Assembly: GCA_964187785.1 (NCBI GenBank)
Contig: OZ076409.1
Location: 34,598,001-34,662,000 of the forward strand
Reading direction: 5' to 3'
DNA from: Amphiscolops sp. MND2022
Taxonomy: Eukaryota
Length of the DNA stretch: 64,000 nucleotides
Positions within the stretch are counted from its first letter, which is position 1; each line of letters begins with the position of its first letter. This document shows positions 33,501 to 48,500 of this stretch, one piece after another. The notes beneath the pieces were generated by a model that was given only the letters and a program-made list of their open reading frames with translations, searched no databases and was not told the DNA's origin. A program made the position numbers and the translations under genes.

Positions 33501-36500
33501 TGCGGTTATTTAATTTCTATTCTTCGGAAACATTCCGCTGATTCTATCTGCGGTTATTTCGTTTCTACCTTAGAAAAATTCTGGTGGATCTATTCTGCGG
33601 TTATTTCGTTTCTTTGTTAGAAAAATTCCGTTTATTCTATTCTGCGGTTTTTTTTCCTATCTTAGAAATTTTCCGCCGATTCTATTCTGCGGTTTTTTCA
33701 ATTCTATCTTGAAAAATTCCAATGATATTATTCTACCGGTTAATTCATTTCTATCGTACAAGAAACTCCGCTGATTCTATCCTGCGGTTATTTCATTTCT
33801 TTCATAGAAAATTTCCGCTGATTATATTCTGCGGTTATTTCTTTCCTATCTTAGGAGAAAAATTCCCTTGATACTATTCTGCGATTACAATACTCCTATC
33901 TTAGAAAAATTCCGAGTTTATTCTGCGGTTGTTACATTTCTATCTATCTTAGAAGAAAAATTCCAATGATACTATTCTGCGGTGATTTCTTTTCTATCTT
34001 AGAAAAACTCCGCTGATACTATACTGCGGTTATTTCATTTCTATCCTAGAAAAGTTCCGCTGATTTTATTCTGCGGTTTTTTCAATTCTATCTTAGAAAA
34101 ATTCGGCTGATTTTATACTGCGGTTGATTTATTCCTATCTTAGAAAACTTCCGCTGATTCTTTTCTGCGATTATTTCATTTCTATCTTAGAAAAATTCCG
34201 CCTATACTATTCTGCAGTTATTTCATTTCTATCTTAGAAAATCTCAGCTGATTCTATACTGCGGTTATTTCATTTCTATCTGAGAAAATTTCCGCTGATT
34301 CTATTCTGCGGTAGTTTTATTCCTATCTTAGAAAATTCCGCTGACTCTATTCTGCGGTTATTTCTTTTCAATCTTAGAAAAATTCCGCTGATTCTTTTCT
34401 GCGGTTTTTTCATTTCTATCTTAGAAAAATTCCGCTGATTCTATTCTGCGGTTGATTTATTCCCATCTTAGAAAAATTTCGCTGATTCTATTCTGCGATT
34501 ATTTCGTTTCTATCTTAGAAAAATTCCGCTTATACTAGTCTGCAGTTATTTCATTTCTATCTTAGAAAAATTCTGTTAATTCTATTCTGTGGTTTTTTCA
34601 TTTCTGTCTCAGAAAATATTCGTTGATTCTATTCTGCAATCGTTTCATTTCTCTCTTAGAAAATCTCCGCTGATTCTATTATGCAGCTATTTCATTTCTT
34701 TCTATGAAAAATTCCGCTGATTCTATCCTTCGGTTATTTCATTTCTGTCTGAGCAAAATTCCGTTGATTTTATTTTCTGATTGTTTCTTTTCTATCTTAG
34801 AAAAACTCCGCTGATTCTAGTCTGCAGTTATTTCATTTCTATCTATGAAAAATTCCGCTGACGCTATCCTGCAGTTATTTCCTTTCTGTCTTAGAAATAT
34901 TCCGCTGTATCTATTCTGCGGTTATTTCATTTCTGTCGTAGAAAAATTCCGCTAATTCTATTCTGCGGTTTTTTCATTTCTATCTTAGAAAAATTCTGCT
35001 TATTCTGATCTGCGTATTTCAATCATCTCAGAAAAGTTCCGCTGATTCTATTCTGCGGTTAATTCATTTCTAACTTAGAAACTTTCCACCGATTCTATTC
35101 TGCGGTTTTTTCAATTCTTTCTTGAAAAATTCCAATGATATTATTCTACCGGTTATTTCTTTTCTATCGTACAAGAAACTCCGCTGATTCTATCCAGCGG
35201 TTATTTCATTTCTTTCATAGAAAATTTCCGCTGATTTTATTCTGCGGTTATTTCTTTCCTATCTTAGAAGAAAAATTCCCTTGATACTATTCTGCGATTA
35301 CAATACTCCTATCTTAGAAAAATTCCGATGAGTTTATTCTGCGGTTGTTACATTTCTATCTATCTTAGAAGAAAAATTCCAATGATACTATTCTGCGGTG
35401 ATTTCATTTCTATCTTAGAAAAACTCCGCTGATACTATACTGCGGTTATTTCATTTCTATCCTAGAAAAGTTCCGCTGATTTTATTCTGCGGTTAATTCA
35501 ATTCTAACTTAAAAACTTTCCGCTGATTCTATTCAGCGGTTATTTAATTTCTATTCTTCGAAAAAATTCCGCTGATTCTATCTGCGGTTATTTCGTTTCT
35601 ACCTTAGAAAAATTCCGGTGGATCTATTCTGCGGTTATTTCGTTTCTTTGTTAGAAAAATTCCGTTGATTCTATTCTGCGGTTATTTTTTTCCTATCTTA
35701 GAAAATTTCCGCCGATTCTCTTCTGCGGTTTTTTCAATTCTATCTTGAAAAGTTCCAATGATACTATTCTACCGGTAATTTCATTTCTATCGTACAAGTA
35801 ACTCCGCTGCTTCTATCCTGCGGCTATTTCATTTCTTTCATAGAAAATTTCCGCTGATTTTATTCTGCGGTTATTTTTTTCCTATCTTAGAAGAAAAATT
35901 CCAATGATACTATTCTGCGATTACAATACTCCTATCTTAGAAAAATTCCGATGAGTTTATTCTGCGGTTGTTACATTTCTATCTTAGAAGAAAAATTTCA
36001 ATGATACTATTCTGCGGTGATTTCATTTCTATCTTAGAAAAACTCCGCTGATTCTATACTGCGGTTATTTCATTTCTATCTTAAAAAAATTCCGCTGCTT
36101 TTATTCTGCGATTATTTCATTTCTATCTTAGAAAAATTCCGCTTATACTATTCTGCAGTTATTTCATTTCTATATTAGAAAATCTCCGCTGATTCTATAC
36201 TGCGGTTATTTCATTTCTATCTTAGAGAAAAAATTCCAATGATACTATTCTGCGGTGATTTCATTTCTATCTTAGAAAAACTCCGCTGATTCTATACTGC
36301 GGTTATTTTTTTTCAATCTCAGAAATATTCCGCTGATTCTTTTCTGCGGTTTTTTCATTTCTATCTTAGAAAAATTCCGCTGAATCTATTCTGCGGTTGA
36401 TTTATCCCCATCTTAGAAAAATTCCGCTGATTCTATTCTGCGATTATTTCATTTCTATCTTAGAAGAAAAATTTCAATGATACCATTCTGCGGTTACAAT

Positions 36501-39500
36501 ACTCCTATCTTAGAAAATATCCGAGGAGTTTATTCTGCGGGTATTACATTTCTATCTTAGAAGAAAAATTCCAATGATACTATTCTGCGGTGATTTCATT
36601 TCTATCTTAGAAAAACTCCGCTGATTCTATACTGCGGTTATTTTTTTCCAATCTTAGAAATATTCCGCTGATTATTTTATGCGGTTTTTTCATTTCTATC
36701 TTAGAAAATATCCGCTGATTCTACCCTGCGGTTGATTTATTCCCATCTTAGAAAAATTCCGCTGATTCTATTCTGCGATTATTTCATTTCTATCGTAGAA
36801 AAATTCCGCTTATACTATTCTGCAGTTATTTCATTTCTATCTTAGAAAAATTCCGCTGATTCTATTCTGTGGTTTTTTCTTTTCTGTCTCCGAAAAATAT
36901 CCATTGATTCTATTCTGCAATTGTTTCATTTCTATCTTAGAAAAACTCCGCCGATTCTATTATGCAGCTATTTCATTTCTAGCTATGAAAAATTCCGCTG
37001 ATTCTATCCTTCGGTTATTTCATTTCTGTCTGAGCAAAATTCCGTTGATTTTGTTCTCTGATTGTTTCTTTTCTCTCTTAGAAAAACTCTGCTGATTCTA
37101 ATCTGCAGTTATTTCGTTTCTATCTATGAAAAATTCCGCTGACGCTATCCTGCAGTTATTTTATTTCTGTCTTAAAAATATTCTGCTGATTCTAATCTGC
37201 GGTTATTTCATTTCTATCTTAGAAATATTCCGCTGATTCTATTCTGCGTATTTCAATCATCTCAGAAAAGTTCCGCTGATTCTATTCTGCGGTTAATTCA
37301 TTTCTATCTTAGAAAAATTCCGTTGATTCTATTCTGTAGGTTTTTTCATTTCTGTCTCAGAAAAATTTCGCTGATTCTATTCTGGGTTTTCTTTCGTTTC
37401 TATCTTAGAAAGATTCCGCTGATTCTATTCTGCGGTTGATTTATTCCCATCTTGGAAAAATTCCGCTGATTCTATTCTGCGATTATTTCATTTCTATCGT
37501 AGAAAAATTCCGCTTATACTATTCTGCAGTTATTTCATTTCTATCTTAGAAAAATTCCGCTGATTCTAATTCTGTGGTTTTTTCATTTCTGTCTCCGAAA
37601 AATATCCGTTGATTCTATTCTGCAATTGTTTCATTTCTATCTTAGAAAAACTCCGCCGATTCTATTATGCAGCTATTTCATTTCTAGCTATGAAAAATTC
37701 CGTTGATTCTATTCTGTAGGTTTTTTCATTTCTGTCTCAAAAAAATTTCGTTGATTCTATTCTGCATTTGTTTCATTTCTTTCTTAGAAAAACTCCGCTG
37801 ATTCTATTCTGCGTATTTCAATCATCTCAGAAAAGTTCCGCTGATTCTATTATGCGGTTAAATCATTTCTAACTTAGAAATATTCCGCTGATTCTGTTCT
37901 GCGGTTATTTAATTTCTATTCTTTGAAAAAAATCCGCTGATTCTATTCTGCGGTTATTTCATTTCTATCTTAGAAAAATTCCGCTGATTCTATTCTGCGT
38001 ATTTCAATCATCTCAGAAAAGTTCCGCTGATTCTATTATGCGGTTAAATCATTTCTAACTTAGAAATATTCCGCTGATTCTAATCTGCGGTCATTTCATT
38101 TCTTTCTTGGAAAAATTCCGCTGATTCTATCTGCTGTTTTTTCTCTTCTGTCTTAGAAAAATTCAGCTGATTCTATTCTGCGGTTGATTTATTCCCATCT
38201 TAGAAATATTCCGCTGATTCTATTCTGCAATTATTTCATTTCTATCTTAGAAAAACTCCGCTTATACTATTCTGCAGTTATTTAATTTCTATCTTAGAAA
38301 GATTCCGTTGATTCTATTCTGTGGTTTTTTCATTTCTGTCTCAGAAAAATTCCGTTGATTCTATTCTGCAATTGTTTCATTTCTATCTTAGAAAAACTCC
38401 GCTGATTCTATTATGCAGCTATTTCATTTCCGTTGATTTTATTCTCTGATTGTTTCTTTTCTATCTTAGAAAAACTCCGCTGATTCTAATCTGCAGTTAT
38501 TTCATTTCTATCTATGAAAACTTTCGCTGACGCTATCCTGCAGTTATTTTATTTCTGTCTTAGAAATATTCCGCTGAGTCTAATATGCGGTTATTTCATT
38601 TCTATCTTAGAAACTTTTCGCTGATTCTCTTCTGCGTATTCCAATCATCTCAAAAAAGTTCCGCTGATTCTATTCTGCGGTTATTTCATTTCTTTTTTGG
38701 AAAAATTCAGTTAATTCTAATCTGCGGTTATTTCATTCCTTTCTTTGGAAAATTCCGCTGAGTCTATTCTGCGGTTTTTTCATTTCTATCCCAGAAAATT
38801 TCCGCTGATTCTATTCTGCGTATTTCAATCATCTCAGAAAAGTTCCGCTGATTCTATTCTGCGGTTAATTCATTTCTATTTAAGAAAATTCCGCTGATTC
38901 TATCCTGCGATTATTTCATTTCTGTCTTAGAAATATTCCGCTGATACTATTCTGCGGTTATTTCATTTCTGTCTTAGAAAAATTCCGCTGATTCTAATCT
39001 GCGGTTATTTCATTTCTTTCTTAGAAAAATTCCGCAGATTCTATTCTTGCGGCTTTTTCATTTCTTTCTTAGAAATATTCCGCTGATTCTATTCTGCGTA
39101 TTTCAATCATCTCGGAAAAGTTCCGCTGATTCTATTCTGCGTTTAATTCATTTCTGACTTAGAAAATTTCCGCTGATTCTATTTTGCAGTTATTTAATTT
39201 CTATTCTTCGAAAAAATTCCGCTGATTCTATCTGCGGTTATTTCATTTCTACCTTAGAAAAATTCCGCTGGGTCTATTCTGCGGTTATTTCGTTTCTTTG
39301 TTAGAAAATTTCCGTTGATTCTATTCTGCGGTTTTTTCAATTCTATCTTAGAAAAATTCCAATGATACTATTCTACCGGTTATTTCATTTCTATCGTACA
39401 AGAAATTCCGCTGATTCTATCTGCGGTTATTTCATTTCTACCTTAGAAAAATTCCGCTGGGTCTATTCTGCGGTTATTTCGTTTCTTTGTTAGAAAATTT

Positions 39501-42500
39501 CCGCTGATTTTATTCTGCGGTTATTTTATTCCTCTCTTAGAAAAATTCCGTTGATTTTATTCTGCGGTTTTTTTTTTCATTTCTATCTTAAAAGAAAAAT
39601 TCCAATGATACTATTCTGCGTCGATTTCATTTCTATCTTAGAAAAACTCCGCTGATTCTATACTGCGGTTATTTCTTTTCTATCTTAGAAACTTTCCGCT
39701 GATTCTCTTCTGCGTATTTCAATCATCTCAAAAAAGTTCCGCTGATTCTATTCTGCGGTTATTTCATTTCTTTCTTGGAAAAATTCAGTTGAATCTAATC
39801 TGCGGTTATTTCATTCCTTTCTTTGGAAAATTCCGCTGAGTCTATTCTGCGGTTTTTTCATTTCTATCCCAGAAAATTTCCGCTGATTCTATTCTGCGGT
39901 TATTTCATTTCTAACTGAGAAAAAGTCCGCTGATTCTATTCTGCAGTTATTTTTTTCCTATCTTAGAAAAAATCCGCCGATTCTATTCTGCAGTTATTTT
40001 TTTCCTATCTTAGAAAAAACTCCGCCGATTCTATTCTGCGGTTTTTTCAATATTATCTTAGAAAAATTCCAATGATACTATTCTGCGGTTATTTTATTTC
40101 TTTCTCAGAAAAGTTCCGCTGATTCTATCCTGCGGTTCTTTTATTTCATTTCTTTCATAGAAAAATTCCGCTGATTTTATTCTACGGTTGTTTTTTTCCT
40201 ATCTTGGAAAAATTTCGTTTGTTTTATTCTGCGTTTGTTACATTTCTAACTTAGAAGAAAAATTCCAATGATCCTATTCTGCGTTTATTTCATTTCTATC
40301 TTAGAAAAATTCCACTTATTCAATTCTGCGGTTATTTCATTTCTATCTTAGACAAATTTCGCTGTTTCTATTCTCCAGTTATTTCATTTCTATACAAAAA
40401 AAATTCCGCAGAGTCTTTTCTGCGGTTGTTTCATTTCTATCGTAGAAAAACTCCGCTGATTCTAATCTGCGGTTATTCCATTCCTTTCTTAGAAAAATTT
40501 CGCTGAGTTTATTCTGCGGGTTTTTCATTTCTATCCTAGAAAATTTCCGCTGATTCTATTCTGCGTATTTCACTCATCTCAGAAAAAATCCGTTGATTGT
40601 ATTCTGCGGTTAATTCACTTCTAACTTAGAAAAATTCCGCTGATTCTATTCTGCAGTTATTTAATTTCTATTCTTTGAAAAAATTCCGCTGATTCTATTC
40701 TGCGGTTATTTCATTTCTATCTTAGAAAAATTCCGCTGATTCTATTCTGCGGTTTTTTCAATTCTGTATTAGAAAAATTCCAATGATACTATTCTGCGGT
40801 TGCTTCATTTCTGCCATAGAAAAATACCAATCATACTATTCTGCGGTTATTTCATTTCCATCTTAGAATAATTCCACTGATTCAATTCTGCGGTTATTTC
40901 CTTTCTATTTCAGAAAAATTCCACTGATTCTATTCTGCGGTTAATTCACTTCTATTTTAGAAAAATTCCGCTGATTCTATTCTGCGGTTATTTAATTTCT
41001 ATCTTAGAAAAATATCGCTGATTCTATTCTGCGGTTATTTCATTTATGTCTTCGAAAAATTCCGCTGGTGCTATTCTGCAGTTGTTTCTTTTCTACCTAA
41101 GAAAAATTCTATCTTAGAAATATTCCGCTGATTCTAGTCTGCGGTTATTTCATTTCTATCTTAGAAAAATTCCGTTTGTTTTATTCTGCGGTTGTTAAAT
41201 TTCTAACTTAGAAGAAAAACTCCAATGATACTATTCTGCGTTTATTTCATTTCTATCTTAGAAAAATTCCACTGATTCAGTTCTGCGGTTATTTCATTTC
41301 TATCTTAGACAAATTTCGCTGCTTCTATTCTCCAGTTATTTCATTTCTATCTAAGAAAAATTCCGCTGAGTCTTTTCTGCGGTTGTTTCATTTCTATTGT
41401 AGAAAAACTCCGCTGATTCTAATCTGCGGTTATTCCGTTCCTTTCTTAGAAAAATTCCGCTGAGTCTATTCTGCGGTTTTCACTCATCTCAGAAAAAATC
41501 CGTTGATTGTATTCTGCGGTTAATTCACTTCTAACTTAGAAAAATTCCGCTGATTATATTCTGCAGTTATTTAATTTCTATTCTTTGAAAAAATTCCGCT
41601 GATTCTATTCTGCGGTTTTTTCATTTCTATCTTAGAAAAATTCCGCTGATTCTATTCTGCGGTTTTTTTCAATTCTATATTAGAAAAATTCCAATGATAC
41701 TATTCTGCGGTTATTTCATTTCTGCCATAGAAAAATTCCAATCATACTATTCTGCGGTTATTTCATTTCCATCTTAGAATAATTCCACTGATTCAATTCT
41801 GCGGTTATTTCCTTTCTATTTTAGAAAAATTCCGCTGATTCTATTCTGCGGTTATTTAATTTCTATCTTAGAAAAATATCGCTGATTCTATTCTGCGGTT
41901 ATTTCATTTATGTCTTCGAAAAATTCCGCTGGTGCTATTCTGCAGTTGTTTCTTTTCTACCTAAGAAAAATTCTATCTTAGAAATATTCCGCTGATTCTA
42001 GTCTGCGGTTATTTCATTTCTATCTTAGAAAAATTCCGTTTGTTTTATTCTGCGGTTGTTAAATTTCTAACTTAGAAGAAAAACTCCAATGATACTATTC
42101 TGCGTTTATTTCATTTCTATCTTAGAAAAATTCCACTGATTCAGTTCTGCGGTTATTTCATTTCTATCTTAGACAAATTTCGCTGCTTCTATTCTCCAGT
42201 TATTTCATTTCTATCTAAGAAAAACTCCGCTGAGTCTTTTCTGCGGTTGTTTCATTTCTATTGTAGAAAAACTCCGCTGATTCTAATCTGCGGTTATTCC
42301 GTTCCTTTCTTAGAAAAATTCCGCTGAGTCTATTCTGCGGTTTTCACTCATCTCAGAAAAAATCCGTTGATTGTATTCTGCGGTTAATTCACTTCTAACT
42401 TAGAAAAATTCCGCTGATTATATTCTGCAGTTATTTAATTTCTATTCTTTGAAAAAATTCCGCTGATTCTATTCTGCGGTTTTTTCATTTCTATCTTAGA

Positions 42501-45500
42501 AAAATTCCGCTGATTCTATTCTGCGGTTTTTTTCAATTCTATATTAGAAAAATTCCAATGATACTATTCTGCGGTTATTTCATTTCTGCCATAGAAAAAT
42601 TCCAATCATACTATTCTGCGGTTATTTCATTTCTATCTTAGAATAATTCCACTGATTCAATTCTACGGTTATTTCCTTTCTATTTCAAAAAAATTCCGCC
42701 GATTCTATTCTGCGGTTAATTCACTTCTATTTTAGAAAAATTCCGCTGATTCTATTCTGCGGTTATTCAATTTCTATCTTAGAAAAATATCGCTGATTCT
42801 ATTCTGCGGTTATTTCATTTATGTCTTCGAAAAATTCCGCTGGTGCTATTCTGCAGTTATTTCATTTCTATCTAAGAAAAATTCCGCTGATTCTATACTG
42901 CGGTTATTTCATTTCTATCTCAGAAAAGTTCCGCTGATTTTATTCTGCGGTTATTTTTTTCCTATCTTGGAAAAACTCTGTTTGTTTTATTCTGCGGTTA
43001 TTACATTTCTAACTTAGAAGAAAACGTCCAATGATACTATTCTGCGTTTATTTCTTTTCTATCTTAGAAAAATTCCACTGATTCAATTCTGCGGTTATTT
43101 CATTATCTTAGAAAAATTTCGCGGTTTCTATTCTCCAGTTATTTCATTTGTATCTAAGAAAAATTCCGCTGAGTCTTTTTTGCGGTTGTTTCATTTCTAT
43201 TGTAGAAAAACTCCGCTGATTTTATTCTGCGGTTATTCCATTCCTTTCTTAGAAAAATTCCGCTGAGTCTACTCTGCGATTTTTTTTATGTCTATGCTAG
43301 AAAAATTCCACTGATTCTATTCTGCGGTTATTTAATTTCTATTCTTTGGAAAAATTCCGCTGATTCTATTCTGCGGTTATTTCATTTCTATCTTAGAAAA
43401 ATTCCACTGATTCAGTTCTGCGGTTATTTCTTTTCTATTTCAGAAAAATTCCGCTGATTCTATTTTGCGGTTAATTCACTTCTATTTTAGAAAAATTCCG
43501 CTGATTCTATTCTGCGGTTCTTTAATTTCTATCTTAGAAAAATATCGCTGATTCTATTCTGCGGTTATTTCATTTATTTCTTCGAAAAATTCCGCTGGTG
43601 CTATTCTGCAGTTATTTCATTTCTATCTAAGAAAAAATCCGCTGATTCTATACTGCGGTTATTTCATTTCTATTTTAGAAAAAATTCCCTGTTTCTATTC
43701 ACCAGTTATTTCATTTCTATCTAAGAAAAACTCCGCTGAGTCTTTTCTGCGGTTGTTTCATTTCTATCGTAGAAAAACTCCGCTGATTCTAATCTGCGGA
43801 TATTCCATTCCTTTCTTAGAAAAATTCCGCTGAGTCTACTCTGCGGTTTTTTCATTTCTATCCAAGAAAATTTCCGCTGATACTATTCTGCGTATTTCAC
43901 TCATCTCAGAAAAAATCCGTTGATTGTATTCGGCGGTTAATTCACTTCTAACTTAGAAAAATTCCGCTGATTCTATTCTGCAGTTATTTAAATTCTATTC
44001 TTTGAAAAAATTCCGCTGATTCTATTCTGCGGTTTTTTCATTTCTATCTTAGAAAAATTCCGATGATTCTATTCTGCGGTTTTTTTCAATTCTATATTAG
44101 AAAAATTCCAATGATACTATTCTGCGGTTATTTCATTTCTGCCATAGAAAAATTCCAATCATACTATTCTGCGGTTATTTCATTTCTATCTTAGAATAAT
44201 TCCACTGATTCAATTCTACGGTTATTTCCTTTCTATTTCAAAAAAATTCCGCCGATTCTATTCTGCGGTTAATTCACTTCTTTTTTAGAAAAATTCCGCT
44301 GATTCTATTCTGCGGTTATTTAATTTCTATCTTAGAAAAATATCGCTGATTCTATTCTGCGGTTATTTCATTCATATCTTCGAAAAATTCCGCTGGTGCT
44401 ATTCTGCAGTTATTTCATTTCTATCTAAGAAAAATTCCGCTGATTCTATTCTGCGGTTTTTTCAATACTATGTTCGAAAAATTCCAATGATACTATTCTG
44501 CGGTTATTTCATTTCTTTCTCAGAAAAGTTCCGCTGATTTTATTCTGCGATTATTTTTTTTCTATCTTGGAAAAACTCTGTTGGTTTTATTCTGCGGTTA
44601 TTACATTTCTAACTTAGAAGAAAACGTCCAATGATACTATTCTGCGTTTATTTCATTTCTATCTTAGAAAAATTCCACTGATTCAATTCTGCGGTTATTT
44701 CATTATCTTAGAAAAATTTCGCGGTTTCTATTCTCCAGTTATTTCATTTGTATCTAAGAAAAATTCCGCTGAGTCTTTTCTGCGGTTGTTTCATTTCTAT
44801 CGTAGAAAAACTCCGCTGATTTTATTCTGCGGTTATTCCATTTCTTTCTTAGAAAAATTCCGCTGAGTCTACTCTGCGATTTTTTTATTTCTATGCTAGA
44901 AATTTTCCGCTGATTCTATTCTGCGTATTTCACTCATCTCAGAAAAAATCCGTTGATTGTATTCTGCGGTTAATTCACTTCTAACTTAGAAAAATTCCGC
45001 TGATTCTATTCTGCGGTTATTTAATTTCTATTCTTTGAAAAAATTCCGCTGATTCTATTCTGCGGTTATTTCAAATCTATCTTAGAAAATTTCCAATGAT
45101 ACTATTCTGCAGTTATTTCATTTCTGCCATAGAAAAAACCCACTGATTCAATTCTGTGGTTATTTCCTTTCTCTTTCAAAAAAATTCCGCTGATTCTTAT
45201 TTAATTTCTATCTTAGAAAACTTCCGCTGGTGCTATTCTGCAGTTATTTCATTTTTATCTAAGAAAAATTCCGCTGATTCTATACTGCGGTTATTTCATT
45301 TCTATCTTAGAAACATTTCGCTGTTTCTATTCTCCAGTTATTTCATTTCTATCTAAGAAAAATTCCGCTGAGTCTTTCCTGCGGTTGTTTTATTTCTATC
45401 GTAGAAAAACTCCGCTGACTCTAATCTGCGGTTATTCCATTCCTTTCTTAGAAAAATTCCGCTGAGTCTATTCTGCGGTTTTTTCATTTCTATCCTGGAA

Positions 45501-48500
45501 AAGTTCTGCTGATTCTATTCTGCGTATTTCATTCATCTCAGAAAAATCCGCTGATTCTATTCTGCGGTTAATTCACTTCTAACTTAGAAAAATTCCACTG
45601 ATTCTATTCTGCGGTTATTTAATTTCTATTCTTTGGAAAAATTCCGCTGATTCAGTTCTGCGGTTATTTCCTTTCTATTTCAGAAAAATTCCGCTGATTC
45701 TATTTTGCGGTTAATTCACTTCTATTTTAGAAAAATTCCGCTGATTCTATTCTGCGGTTATTTAATTTCTATTCTTTGGAAAAATTGCGCTGATTCAGTT
45801 CTGCGGTTATTTCCTTTCTATTTCAGAAAAATATCGCTGATTCTATTCTGCGGTTATTTCATTTATTTCTTCGAAAAATTCCGCTGGTGCTATTCTGCAG
45901 TTATTTCATTTCTATCTAAGAAAAAATCCGCTGATTCTATACTGCGGTTATTTCATTTCTCTTTTAGAAAAATTTCCCTGTTTCTATTCTCCAGTTATTT
46001 CATTTCTATCTAAGAAAAACTCCGCTGAGTCTTTTCTGCGGTTGTTTCATTTCTATCGTAGAAAAATTCCGCTGATTCTATTCTGCGGTTATTTCAAATC
46101 TATCTTAGAAAATTTCCAATGATACTATTCTGCAGTTATTTCACTTCTGCCATAGAAAAAACCCACTGATTCAATTCTGTGGTTATTTCCTTTCTCTTTC
46201 AAAAAAATTCCGCTGATTCTTATTTAATTTCTATCTTAGAAAACTTCCGCTGGTGCTATTCTGCAGTTATTTCATTTTTATCTAAGAAGAATTCCGCTGA
46301 TTCTATACTGCGGTTATTTCATTTCTATCTTAGAAACATTTCGCTGTTTCTATTCTCCAGTTATTTCATTTCTATCTAAGAAAAATTCCGCTGAGTCTTT
46401 CCTGCGGTTGTTTTATTTCTATCGTAGAAAAACTCCGCTGACTCTAATCTGCGGTTATTCCATTCCTTTCTTAGAAAAATTCCGCTGAGTCTATTCTGCG
46501 GTTTTTTCATTTCTATCCTGGAAAAGTTCTGCTGATTCTATTCTGCGTATTTCATTCATCTCAGAAAAATCCGCTGATTCTATTCTGCGGTTAATTCACT
46601 TCTAACTTAGAAAAATTCCACTGATTCTATTCTGCGGTTATTTAATTTCTATTCTTTGGAAAAATTCCGCTGATTCAGTTCTGCGGTTATTTCCTTTCTA
46701 TTTCAGAAAAATTCCGCTGATTCTATTTTGCGGTTAATTCACTTCTATTTTAGAAAAATTCCGCTGATTCTATTCTGCGGTTATTTAATTTCTATTCTTT
46801 GGAAAAATTGCGCTGATTCAGTTCTGCGGTTATTTCCTTTCTATTTCAGAAAAATATCGCTGATTCTATTCTGCGGTTATTTCATTTATTTCTTCGAAAA
46901 ATTCCGCTGGTGCTATTCTGCAGTTATTTCATTTCTATCTAAGAAAAAATCCGCTGATTCTATACTGCGGTTATTTCATTTCTCTTTTAGAAAAATTTCC
47001 CTGTTTCTATTCTCCAGTTATTTCATTTCTATCTAAGAAAAACTCCGCTGAGTCTTTTCTGCGGTTGTTTCATTTCTATCGTAGAAAAACTCCGCTGATT
47101 CTAATCTGCGGATATTCCATTCCTTTCTTAGAAAAATTCCGCTGAGTCTATTCTGCGGTTTTTTCATTTCTATCCTGGAAAAGTTCTGCTGATTCTATTC
47201 TGCGTATTTCATTCATCTCAGAAAAATCCGCTGATTCTATTCTGCGGTTAATTCACTTCTAACTTAGAAAAATTCCACTGATTCTATTCTGCGGTTATTT
47301 AATTTCTATTCTTTGGAAAAATTCCGCTGATTCTATTCTGCGGTTATTTCATTTCTATCTTAGAAAAATTCCACTGATTCAGTTCTGCGGTTATTTCCTT
47401 TCTATTTCAGAAAAATTCCGCTGATTCTATTTTGCGGTTAATTCAATTCTATTTTAGAAAAATTCCGCTGATTCTATTCTGCAGTTATCTCATTTCTATC
47501 TAAGAAAAAATCCACTGATTCTATACTGCGGTTATTTCATTTCTATTTTAGAAAAATTTCCCTGTTTCTATTCTCCAGTTATTTCATTTCTATCTAAGAA
47601 AAACTCCGCTGAGTCTTTTCTGCGGTTGTTTCATTTCTATCGTAGAAAAACTCCGCTGATTCTAATCTGCGGATATTCCATTCCTTTCTTAGAAAAATTC
47701 CGCTGAGTCTATTCTGCGGTTTTTTCACTTCTATCCTAGAAAATTTCTGCTGATTCTATTCTGCGTATTTCACTCATCTCAGAAAAATCCGCTGATTCTA
47801 TTCTGCGGTTAATTCACTTCTAACTTAGAAAAATTCCACTGATTCTATTCTGCGGTTATTTCATTTCTATCTTAGAAAAATTCCACTGATTCAGTTCTGC
47901 AGTTATTTCCTTTCTATTTCAGAAAAATTTCGCTGATTCTATTTTGCAGTTAATTCACTTCTATTTTAGAAAAATTCCGCTGATTCTATTCTGCGGTTAT
48001 TTAATTTCTATCTCAGAAAAATATCGCTGATTCTATTCTGCGGTTGTTTCATTTAAGTGTTCGAAAAATTCCGCAGGTGCTATTTTGCGGTTATTTCATT
48101 TCTATCTTAGAAAAATTCCACTGATTCAGTTCTGCGGTTATTTCCTTCCTATTTCAGAAAAATTCCGCTGATTCTATTTTGCGGTTAATTCACTTCTATT
48201 TTAGAAAAATTCCGCTGATTCTATTCTGCGGTTATTTAATTTCTATTTTAGAAAAATATCGCTGATTCTATTCTGCGGTTATTTCATTTATGTCTTCGAA
48301 AAATTCCGCTGGTGCTATTCTGCAGTTATTTCATTTCTATCTAAGAAAAAATCCGCTGATTCTAAACTGCGGTTCTTTCATTTCTATTTTAGAAAAATTT
48401 CCCTGTTTCTATTCTCCAGTTATTTCATTTCTATCTAAGAAAAACTCCGCTGAGTCTTTTCTGCGGTTGTTGCATTTCTATCGTAGAAAAACTCCGCTGA